From a virus (Duplodnaviria; Caudoviricetes): a DNA stretch of 31,910 nt. Where the stretch lies: IMG/VR virus record IMGVR_UViG_3300012663_000601, positions 1 through 31,910 of that record; one strand, 5' to 3'. A model generated the notes under the pieces. The model worked only from the letters and a program-made list of their open reading frames with translations. It was not told the DNA's origin and did no database searches. Both the position numbers and the translations under genes were made by a program. This document shows, piece after piece, positions 19,381-27,715 of the stretch; position 1 is the stretch's first letter; every line of letters begins with the position of its first letter.

Positions 19381-20227
19381 TATAATCTTGTTCCGGATAA
19401 TAAAGGGCCGCACGATGTAGAACTCTAGTTTCTAAGTCAACAAACTTCCAACGTTTATGTATGCCATGCCATTGATCACCTAGTACAATATCGCCATCTT
19501 CCCAGTGGTGATGATAGATATATTTTTCTTGGGTAGTATATTCTCCAAGCCATTTAATTAGTTCTTCTGCTTCATCTTGTGGGACGTCTACAAATCCTCT
19601 AACTTGCAAGTATGGAAAATACAAACCTTCAACTCCTGTTAATGGGCTTGTATACACTAGCGGGTGATTGAATTTCTCATTGCGATTCTCGTCGTCCCTA
19701 GCAAAAATAGGAGTACCGTCATGACGTACACCACCAGTGATAATCAACTGATAATCTCTAATCTTATCTCTAAATATTTTAGGCAGTTCTTTCCAAGTTA
19801 AAACATTGTTGTTATAACTAGTGGTAGATCCTTTGGTTCCTTTAATGCCGTGTAACCAGATAATCGGTTCACGAATCTTACGCCAAGTAACATTAGCATG
19901 CCAATCAAAATCTTCAGGGTTTGCTCCAATTCCAGTTTTACCGTTTTCATTCTTTTCTGCTGTTACTCTACAGATCAAGCCGTCGGGGTCAACCGCAGTA
20001 TCTACAAAATTTTGATCTGCTGGGTTGAATAACGGGGATGGATCCTTGAACATGTGTAGAATTTCAAGTTGTCTCTCTACACTTAATTGTTTTTGATTTT
20101 TGAGCACAACTAGCGTATGTCTACTGATTAATTTACAAATAAAATTTATATTTTCCTGAGTAGCATACTCCATATCAAAATCATCAATAATTACTGTCCA
20201 CCCATTTTCAGCTAATTTGTAGTTCAT
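19373..20227 (-). CDS. TauD/TfdA-family dioxygenase-like protein
   Basis: LVVLKNQ, WHAN, HPLV...P.TG, YHHHWEDGDIVL.D...HKR...R.LHR. Confidence 0.8.
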   Translation of the reverse strand: MNYKLAENGWTVIIDDFDMEYATQENINFICKLISRHTLVVLKNQKQLSVERQLEILHMFKDPSPLFNPADQNFVDTAVDPDGLICRVTAEKNENGKTGIGANPEDFDWHANVTWRKIREPIIWLHGIKGTKGSTTSYNNNVLTWKELPKIFRDKIRDYQLIITGGVRHDGTPIFARDDENRNEKFNHPLVYTSPLTGVEGLYFPYLQVRGFVDVPQDEAEELIKWLGEYTTQEKYIYHHHWEDGDIVLGDQWHGIHKRWKFVDLETRVLHRAALYYPEQDYSV

Positions 20228-20257
20228 TCTATTACTCCATATTCGTTAACGTCCAAC

Positions 20258-20265
20258 TATTTATA
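20258..20265 (-). promoter_or_regulatory. T4-like late promoter TATAAATA
   Basis: Exact TATAAATA on minus upstream of the start at 20227, followed by a GGAG ribosome-binding site (20239-20236). Confidence 0.65.
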
Positions 20266-20275
20266 GCATAAATTA

Positions 20276-20986
20276 ATGTATAGAGGGGAATTTAGAGTGA
20301 CAGATTTTGATTACTATTACAATAATGTTCCAGGGCACGGGCCGTGCAGGAATAATTTAATATATACTAGCCTCATATCAGTTGATAAAAAAACTTTTGT
20401 TCAGTGGTATCATAATGATACTGAATATCACAAGGGCCAAAATCAAGTTGTAGATCCTATCAAAATGGAAGAAAAGTGGCTGAGAGAAATTAATTATATT
20501 ACTCAGATGCGCAATGTATACCCTGATCTAGTTCCTATCATTCAAAACATTGATCTTGCTGCACGTAAGATATATTTGAAAATAGATGGACCGGACTTCT
20601 GGGAACAGGCAAAATGTGATCAGGCAAACTATGATAGTGTACTGCCCGATTGGCAAGATCAGATGATCAATATTATTAAAGCGCACAAGAGTTTGGGATT
20701 TCACAAGTATAGTATGCACCCTAGCAGCTATTTTGTTGTAGACGGCAAGCTAAAAAGTATTAATTATTTTTTTACATACAAAGACCACGAACCACAAATT
20801 AGTATTGCTGATGTTGAAAGTCACATATACTCTACAAGACAAGACGAGATGCGCAAAAATATAGAACAACTAGGCATCAAATGGGACGAGCCGCAACCTT
20901 GGGAATTGTTTGATATGTTATGTTGGGAAAGTTTTAAAACCAACTATCCAGCAGAATTTATCGAGAAGGCTAAATGTACAAAATAG
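20276..20986 (+). CDS. Protein-kinase-like fold protein with degenerate catalytic loop
   Basis: NLIYTS, WLREINYI, KYSMHPSSYF..DGKLKSINYF; paralogue of 13167..13853. The true start may be GTG 20297 (GAGGGG upstream). Confidence 0.55.
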   Translation: MYRGEFRVTDFDYYYNNVPGHGPCRNNLIYTSLISVDKKTFVQWYHNDTEYHKGQNQVVDPIKMEEKWLREINYITQMRNVYPDLVPIIQNIDLAARKIYLKIDGPDFWEQAKCDQANYDSVLPDWQDQMINIIKAHKSLGFHKYSMHPSSYFVVDGKLKSINYFFTYKDHEPQISIADVESHIYSTRQDEMRKNIEQLGIKWDEPQPWELFDMLCWESFKTNYPAEFIEKAKCTK

Positions 20987-21525
20987 TGCCCTGGACAGAA
21001 TCATTAGACCTATCAGATTTTTATAGGCTGGCACAGGCCAAGGGATTCGTAAATAACTCTAGTCAAAAAATGCTTGTTGATTGTTTTCGTAAAGAACAAG
21101 AGTGGCAAGTTTGGATTCTATATTATAACAATGTAGCTGTTGGTAGTGTAGCCGCACATAGCTTTCCTGAAATGGGTGATGATGCATATCGTGTCGCTGC
21201 TCGTACATGTGTGTTTACCGACTTATTACCTACTAATAGCCTTAGGACAAAAAATCAAATTGTAACACATCAACATGTTACCAGTCAATTTTTAATACCG
21301 GCGTGTATTGAATGGGCACCTAAAGGTAGTAGATTGTACATCACTAGCAATGAAAATGATGCCGGAACTCAGAGACTAGTACACAGAATTTTTGGGCCAG
21401 CAATGGAAGCTACTGGTCAAATGAAGAAGATTAAAGATATCTTTTACAGAGGCACTGATCAAACAGTGTGGGAAATATTTCCTGTCAGATTTTATGAGGA
21501 ATTAAATAAGCACTCAAGATGGTAA
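20974..21525 (+). CDS. Putative GNAT-fold acyltransferase
   Basis: Pattern WILYYNNVAVGSVAAH...YRVAARTC...CIEWA...LYITSN suggests GNAT topology. Confidence 0.45.
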   Translation: MYKIVPWTESLDLSDFYRLAQAKGFVNNSSQKMLVDCFRKEQEWQVWILYYNNVAVGSVAAHSFPEMGDDAYRVAARTCVFTDLLPTNSLRTKNQIVTHQHVTSQFLIPACIEWAPKGSRLYITSNENDAGTQRLVHRIFGPAMEATGQMKKIKDIFYRGTDQTVWEIFPVRFYEELNKHSRW

Positions 21526-22250
21526 ATTTAGATTATATTAATATTGATGGAATACCTATTGGCATATACAAAGCTGGCCCTATTGGTGTAGGTATAAGCG
21601 GCGGCGCTGATAGCGCAATTCTTTTATACATTTTAATGTCTAACGTAAAGAAGCCTATACACATTTATAATATGTGGACGACTTACAGACAGAATGTATT
21701 TGGAAAATATGTAGATGCTGTTATTGAAACTTGTTCAAAGTTAACCGGTAACACTAATTATATTGTTCACAAAATTCAATCAGAACCCGATGAGTCTGTT
21801 GAATTTTATTTCAATATGCTTACTGATGCATTAGACAGAAAAGAAATCGATATAGTATACTTGGGTATAACGGTATTCCCTCCTAGAGAAGTTTACTTAA
21901 CATTCACTAGTCAACAACCGGAATGGCATAACGATTTTAGAAGTGGGGAAACAAATCACCCGTTGTTTGGTTTAAATGTACCTGTTGATAAAGCAGAGAA
22001 TTTTAGTCAAGTGCCATTAACAATCAATGGCGAGCCTATAGATGAGTTAACGCTAGATACTCGTGCATACATACCGTTGTTTAATCATAATAAAAAAGAC
22101 ATAGCTAAATTGTATAGACATTTTGGCTTAGAGCAAACACTATTACCTGTTACTCGTAGTTGCGAAAATGATAGTCATCCAGATAGTCATTGTGGCACAT
22201 GTTGGTGGTGTCATGAACGGGTCTGGGCATTTGGTACCCTTGGAGAATAA
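21519..22250 (+). CDS. QueC-like PP-loop ATP pyrophosphatase
   Basis: SGGADS; TRSC...CGTCWWCHER. Confidence 0.8.
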   Translation: MVNLDYINIDGIPIGIYKAGPIGVGISGGADSAILLYILMSNVKKPIHIYNMWTTYRQNVFGKYVDAVIETCSKLTGNTNYIVHKIQSEPDESVEFYFNMLTDALDRKEIDIVYLGITVFPPREVYLTFTSQQPEWHNDFRSGETNHPLFGLNVPVDKAENFSQVPLTINGEPIDELTLDTRAYIPLFNHNKKDIAKLYRHFGLEQTLLPVTRSCENDSHPDSHCGTCWWCHERVWAFGTLGE

Positions 22251-23699
22251 ATGGATTACATTGTTAAAAAACAAAAGAAAATTGCTTACTGTATTCTAGA
22301 TAACATTAGCAACCAAGCTAGCACAACATCACAGGAAATAGCAAGAAATCTAAGTGATTTCTTAATATCTTCTATTATTGAAAATAGCAATGATATTTTT
22401 ATTGATGGATCTTCGGATGCACTGTTGCAAAGAGTAGCTATCGATGAATATTATACTCATGCAGTTATACTAATTACAGGAACCCATTTAGGGTTATCAA
22501 CAAGATTGTTTGATGCTATAGAAACTAAATGCCAAGAACATTTTTCTATTGCTGGACATATATTAGACCGCAGTAAATTCAATGGATACTACGAAATACA
22601 TGATCAGTTTTTTATCGTTAATATGGCAGAGTATCGTAGACTAGACATGCCTGACATGGGGCAGACCGAATGGAAAACTGAACACACTAAATTAGAACCA
22701 ATTAGAAGTATGGAAGTTGTAGCGGAAGATGATGAGATTCCAGTATGGATAAAGAAAGGCAATACTAAAAAGATATATCAACATAAGATGCATGGTTGGA
22801 ACTTTATTGACTATGGGTTAGAACACGGTGCAGTATTCTGCGATGTAGGCGACACTATACGCAATAATAAGAAGTACTTATATTTTGAACATGATCATGT
22901 ATTCTATAGACACTTACCAGAATTGTTTAACTATTCATTAATTTGTAACAACATGGTAACTCCGTGGAACAGCGATGTTCTTCCAAAATCTTTAGATATT
23001 GGAGCACCGGTTGATCATTATATTTCTACAGGCACAGGCCTCAATTGGATTCATAATTTATTAAAACTAAAGTATCATAAAAATACTAAAGTAACGTTTA
23101 TGGATATAAGCTATGCCGTATTAAGTTTCATGCAGATAATGATCAATGAATGGGACGGAGTAGATTATGCAACTTTTTATATGAAGCATTTAAAGTTTGT
23201 TCCGGATAGTTACGAATACGATCTAGTCAATCACGAAAAACGTATTAGAGATTGGTGGGAAGAATTTGAAAAAACATTTGAAGACTTTCAACAGATTTGG
23301 AAAGATATTAAACAACTAAAATACGACTTTAAACTAGTTGATTTCTTTGTTAATAACAAATACAAGTTCATAACTCCCGGAGAAGTTACATTTGTCAACG
23401 TAAGTGATGCATTTAATCATGTACCATATGTACATTATGCTAATGTTAAGTTTAGAGTTTCTAGAGAAAATAACTTAATTGTAACGCTTCAAAATATTGA
23501 CAAAAATATTATATTGCATATTCCCACACGTATCGGTCATCTTTATAAACTGAATTTGTCCGATGGCGACGATTTAATTGTTGGAGCTGTTAAAGATTTC
23601 AACTTATGGGATATAAACCAATTTAATGCACCGCCGTGGCAGAAAGAAAACTGGAAAAGTCTATGTCCGTTAACACATCAAGTTAGGATATTGCAATGA
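22251..23699 (+). CDS. Hypothetical protein (482 aa)
   Basis: Long ORF coupled to both neighbours. The C-terminal half has Rossmann-like STGTG...FMDIS; function not assignable. Confidence 0.6.
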   Translation: MDYIVKKQKKIAYCILDNISNQASTTSQEIARNLSDFLISSIIENSNDIFIDGSSDALLQRVAIDEYYTHAVILITGTHLGLSTRLFDAIETKCQEHFSIAGHILDRSKFNGYYEIHDQFFIVNMAEYRRLDMPDMGQTEWKTEHTKLEPIRSMEVVAEDDEIPVWIKKGNTKKIYQHKMHGWNFIDYGLEHGAVFCDVGDTIRNNKKYLYFEHDHVFYRHLPELFNYSLICNNMVTPWNSDVLPKSLDIGAPVDHYISTGTGLNWIHNLLKLKYHKNTKVTFMDISYAVLSFMQIMINEWDGVDYATFYMKHLKFVPDSYEYDLVNHEKRIRDWWEEFEKTFEDFQQIWKDIKQLKYDFKLVDFFVNNKYKFITPGEVTFVNVSDAFNHVPYVHYANVKFRVSRENNLIVTLQNIDKNIILHIPTRIGHLYKLNLSDGDDLIVGAVKDFNLWDINQFNAPPWQKENWKSLCPLTHQVRILQ

Positions 23700-24349
23700 G
23701 AGAGTATTTTCAATCAGAAGGCCGATATTTAAAATTAGATATAGAATTGCCTTACAAAGAAATGTGCAAAGAAGCATTTAGTTTGCTTGATAAGTTTTCT
23801 CCGCATCGAGGAGACGAATACTCACATAATGGTTGGGAGAGTTTAACTATTCACGGATTAGGATGGGATAAACACGAGAACTACGATACGTATGGTTATA
23901 AGCGTGGCAAGGATGCTAGTAATGATATGAAGTGGACAGAAATAGCAGACCTATGCCCTATAACAACTAAATGGCTTAAAGAAGTGTTTCCTTGTAAAAA
24001 ATACGGGCGTGTTAGATTTATGTTATTACGAGCCGGCGGAGAAATTGCAATGCATAATGATTCCCCTAGCGGTATGAGATTAATAGAAAATATCAATGTT
24101 GCACTTAATAATCCCCAAGGGTGTAAATGGATATGGGGCGACGGCGAAGAACTAATTATGGAACCCGGTGGTGTGTATGCGATGAATTTAAGCTATGATC
24201 ACAGCGTGATTAATAAAAGTAATGAAGATCGTATGCATATAATTATTGCTAGACACGACGGATTAGACGAATGGAAGTCATTAGTAAACAAAGCAGCTAG
24301 TAATCAAGGTATTACTGGCAGTTACATCGAGATTGACGAACTGCCTTAG
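23696..24349 (+). CDS. Asp/Asn beta-hydroxylase-like Fe(II)/2OG oxygenase
   Basis: RVRFMLLRAGGEIAMHND, HSVINKSNEDRMHIII. Confidence 0.8.
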   Translation: MREYFQSEGRYLKLDIELPYKEMCKEAFSLLDKFSPHRGDEYSHNGWESLTIHGLGWDKHENYDTYGYKRGKDASNDMKWTEIADLCPITTKWLKEVFPCKKYGRVRFMLLRAGGEIAMHNDSPSGMRLIENINVALNNPQGCKWIWGDGEELIMEPGGVYAMNLSYDHSVINKSNEDRMHIIIARHDGLDEWKSLVNKAASNQGITGSYIEIDELP

Positions 24350-25197
24350 TTGGTATAATCTTGATCTGGAAAATCGAACGCTCCCCTATGTAACAGACGT
24401 TGCTCTATGTTTTCAAAACGATGTCTCTTATGTATTCCTAAATTTTGTTCAGACATAACAACATCACCGTCGTTCCAGTTGTGATGGTAACAATATTTGT
24501 CCTGAATAGTGTGTAGCGATAACCAGGCTATCATCTCTTTACTTTGATCATCTGGTAGCTCTTTAATTTTTATAATTTGTAAAAATGGAAAAAATAAACC
24601 TTTTTGTCCTGCTATATTTTTTCTAACCATAACTGGATAATAATCAGACACTACAAGATCCTCCTCTTCGTCAGGATTTTCTGCATCGAACCCTGCTTCA
24701 AGCAGCACCTGTAAATGATAGTTTTCTATTTGATCTTTAACACTACTATCTAAGTCTTGATAAGATAGTATATTATTGTTCCAAGTTGTACAAGACCCGC
24801 TGGTTCCCCTAACACCGTATAACCAAACAATTGGCTTTCGATATTCTGCACCTGGTTCATTACAATGCCAAATCATTTCACTTGTGTGAGCTGCTATACC
24901 AGTAAGGCCGTGTTCATTTTTCTCGCCCGTTACTCTTAGGAATAGTCCTTCAGATTCAGGAATCTCACTACCAGTCATTTCACTTATAAAGTCTTGTGTG
25001 AATAGTTGTGGCTCTTTAAACATTCTAGCGATTCTGATTTCGTCTTGTATTGTTAACTGTTGGTTTTTAGCAACAACTAGTGTATTGCTAGCAATCAATT
25101 TAGAAATTTGATTTATGTCTTCCTGTGTAGCATTTTTAAAATCGAAATCTTTAAGTATAACAGTCCACCCGTTATTATGTAGTTCATAGTTTATCAT
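24346..25197 (-). CDS. TauD/TfdA-family dioxygenase-like protein
   Basis: WHCN, YHHNWNDGDVV...HKR...RLLHR; close paralogue of 19373..20227. Confidence 0.8.
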   Translation of the reverse strand: MINYELHNNGWTVILKDFDFKNATQEDINQISKLIASNTLVVAKNQQLTIQDEIRIARMFKEPQLFTQDFISEMTGSEIPESEGLFLRVTGEKNEHGLTGIAAHTSEMIWHCNEPGAEYRKPIVWLYGVRGTSGSCTTWNNNILSYQDLDSSVKDQIENYHLQVLLEAGFDAENPDEEEDLVVSDYYPVMVRKNIAGQKGLFFPFLQIIKIKELPDDQSKEMIAWLSLHTIQDKYCYHHNWNDGDVVMSEQNLGIHKRHRFENIEQRLLHRGAFDFPDQDYTN

Positions 25198-25762
25198 TTG
25201 GTCCTTTTTCTAAAAGATCGTTCATCTCAACGTTAATTATTTTTTCAATACCCACTATAGGGATATTTATGGGAGATGCAAGTATGTATTGTATCATCTT
25301 GACAATTTCTACTGGATCCATACGATCTCGGCAGGCATTTTCATAGTCTTGAAAACCGCCAACAACTATGTGTGTTGTTTTAAAAAATTCTGTGCATAGA
25401 TTTAAACTTGCTTCTCGAAGTTGTCGTTTTTCATCAGTATAATCGATGTCATGCCACTCCCATCTTTTATATTCTGCTATACTGCCTATGTTAAAGACGT
25501 GTCCTTGCATACCGGAGGCATGTGCTATTCTAAGAAGTTTTTCCTGTGTTCTATTTGCTATACGAGAAATATTTATAAAAACATCGTAGTTTAATATAAT
25601 AGATTTAAAATAATCCAATCCTTCCTGTGTAAGAAGATCTACACCCATTGACTGTGATATACAAGTAGTATTTGGAAAATTTGCTACTACTTGTTTAGCA
25701 ATGCCTTCATTATTAGGATTCCCAGTACATAATATTCGAAGATTATTTAATGACATCTGCAA
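25184..25762 (-). CDS. Short-chain dehydrogenase/reductase-like protein
   Basis: ILCTG....GIA, DVFIN, NIGS, YTDEK (YxxxK). The start may be ATG 25756. Confidence 0.7.
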   Translation of the reverse strand: MQMSLNNLRILCTGNPNNEGIAKQVVANFPNTTCISQSMGVDLLTQEGLDYFKSIILNYDVFINISRIANRTQEKLLRIAHASGMQGHVFNIGSIAEYKRWEWHDIDYTDEKRQLREASLNLCTEFFKTTHIVVGGFQDYENACRDRMDPVEIVKMIQYILASPINIPIVGIEKIINVEMNDLLEKGPNDKL

Positions 25763-26234
25763 GATCTTTTCCTGTAAATCTAAAGGATATAACTAATCTA
25801 TTTTTATCACCTAGGTTAACAATTTGATGATAGTTTTCTATATTTAAAAAGTATGGAGAGTCTAGAGTTATTCTTCCTACCTCATTCTTATCATCATCAT
25901 AAAACGCAGTGTATGTTGTTTTGCAATTTAATATAGGAATGTTTAATGCCCATGGAGATTTATCTTCATCTTTATGTAGATCCGAACCACCTTTACCTAA
26001 GTGATTAATTAAATGATAATGTGTAATATATTCTATATGTACTACAGAATTTAAAAATTCTTTTAATTTAGGCAATTCCGGAATGTCGTAAAAACAGGCT
26101 CCTGAATTTCTCGTACTTTCTAATGGAGAGTCGTCACTCCATTCATCGGGTGTCCTACTAAAGAAATTGTATTCAATTAGTTCATCTTGTATTTCTTTTA
26201 AATTATCAATTTCTATTCTTTTATACATTTTCAT
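25743..26234 (-). CDS. Fe(II)/2OG-type (cupin) oxygenase
   Basis: LHKD, ALNIPI, YHQIVN...RLVISFRF. Confidence 0.65.
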   Translation of the reverse strand: MKMYKRIEIDNLKEIQDELIEYNFFSRTPDEWSDDSPLESTRNSGACFYDIPELPKLKEFLNSVVHIEYITHYHLINHLGKGGSDLHKDEDKSPWALNIPILNCKTTYTAFYDDDKNEVGRITLDSPYFLNIENYHQIVNLGDKNRLVISFRFTGKDLADVIK

Positions 26235-26940
26235 TTCTCAATTGCTGTCTAAATTCTTCAGTGAACTCTCCGTCCACTCTTAACATGTAAGTAGTTTGTG
26301 GACACGGATCGCTTCCATGATAATCGTGATCGTTGAAGTACACCGCTCTTGTTTTAAGGTAAGATCTTTCGGTAGTTCCCGCACTTCTTATATAAAATGG
26401 TCTGTTAAGATCGGATCGTATGTACACAAATTCATGAATTGCTTTATCTCCCGGCCACTCAGGATCACTGTGTTCTATTGATGTTCCCCCACCTTCAACA
26501 ATGAGAAAATATGCACTTTTAATTTTTGTAAATATTGTTAGGTTGTTAATCCATTCAATGGTGGATAAAAAGTTAATAGATTGAAAGTCATCTTCTTGAC
26601 TTATTACTTGATATACTTTGTAAGGATTATGTGCGCCAAGTGCATAAGTTATGTAAAGGATAAGATCATTTTCATTCTCAAACTTAGACCCTGCAACTTT
26701 AATAGGATGGTCAACTGGAAATAGCTTATACTGATCATACAAATACCAAACCGGCTTCAATCCGTTTTTATAAAGATCTAAGTTAACAAATGGCTTATTA
26801 GGTTCGTACAAATCTAGGTACCCTAAACTAACGACATCTTTTGCAATTACAAATCCGCTACATATATCCGGATGTATAGCATCAAATTTATCCATATCTA
26901 CATATTTCTCTACATCGATATAATGTCTATTGTATATCAT
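26221..26940 (-). CDS. Putative Fe(II)/2OG-type oxygenase
   Basis: EHSD, YHG, MLRVDG; paralogue of 17535..18338. Confidence 0.55.
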   Translation of the reverse strand: MIYNRHYIDVEKYVDMDKFDAIHPDICSGFVIAKDVVSLGYLDLYEPNKPFVNLDLYKNGLKPVWYLYDQYKLFPVDHPIKVAGSKFENENDLILYITYALGAHNPYKVYQVISQEDDFQSINFLSTIEWINNLTIFTKIKSAYFLIVEGGGTSIEHSDPEWPGDKAIHEFVYIRSDLNRPFYIRSAGTTERSYLKTRAVYFNDHDYHGSDPCPQTTYMLRVDGEFTEEFRQQLRNENV

Positions 26941-27671
26941 TATTCGAGTATCCTTCGTTTGAAATCATCAGAGAATCTGCCATTTATTCTCAACGTATAT
27001 GTAGGACGATTAATAGGGTCTCCGCCGTGCCATTCTCTTTCATCCCACCAGGCCACTCGTGTGGTTATATACGTGCGAATATTTGTCAACGGATCAAGTA
27101 CATAGAACGGCCTATCTAAATCAGTTTTTATATGAATAAATTCCGGCCTCCATTCTTCCTCGTCTTCTTCATCTGTTTCAGGATCAAAGTGTTCCCAAGG
27201 GACCCCGCCAGCTTCTAAAGTCATTAGTGTTGCACTGTGTAAACTTTTGAATATTCCAGACGTTTCAAAATTAAGAATCCAGTTTACTAGATTAGGGAAA
27301 TGCTCGTTGAGTTCACCTACGCCGTTGTTTTGAAAATCAACGTCGAGTATTTTATATATGGAATATAAATCATATCCGCCAAATGCAAATTTTAAATAGG
27401 CAGTTAGTTGATTGTAGTTTAGATCTTTGCCAGATATTTTTAATGGGTCAGTATCCGGTAGGCTATTCCACAAGGAATATATTTCGTACAATGGATTAAC
27501 TTTGTACCCCTGACTACAAGGATTGATAGAACCTGGATTGATTATCTGGTTTCCGTCGATACTGAGAGATTTAGCAGTAGCAATTCCTTTACATATTTCT
27601 GGGTGCAGAGAATCAAATTCTGTTAGGTCTACGTGCTTTGCTAAGTCTATGTAAAGGCGATTATTGATCAT
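26940..27671 (-). CDS. Putative Fe(II)/2OG-type oxygenase
   Basis: EHFD, WHGG, TLRING; tandem paralogue of 26221..26940. Confidence 0.55.
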   Translation of the reverse strand: MINNRLYIDLAKHVDLTEFDSLHPEICKGIATAKSLSIDGNQIINPGSINPCSQGYKVNPLYEIYSLWNSLPDTDPLKISGKDLNYNQLTAYLKFAFGGYDLYSIYKILDVDFQNNGVGELNEHFPNLVNWILNFETSGIFKSLHSATLMTLEAGGVPWEHFDPETDEEDEEEWRPEFIHIKTDLDRPFYVLDPLTNIRTYITTRVAWWDEREWHGGDPINRPTYTLRINGRFSDDFKRRILE

Positions 27672-27700
27672 GACTATATTTATGAATATATAGTCATGAT
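27667..27700 (-). promoter_or_regulatory. 13 bp perfect inverted repeat covering a start codon and containing an ATAAATA late-promoter motif
   Basis: ATCATGACTATAT-N8-ATATAGTCATGAT; minus-strand ATAAATA at 27683-27677, 5 nt before the ATG at 27671. Confidence 0.7.
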
Positions 27701-27715
27701 TAAAATTTAATTGCG

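Noticed and set aside
170-27671. Classical RiPP cluster with a precursor peptide
   Set aside because: Intergenic gaps are under about 50 nt, and no precursor ORF, PqqD/RRE domain, peptidase or exporter was seen. A precursor outside the window cannot be excluded.
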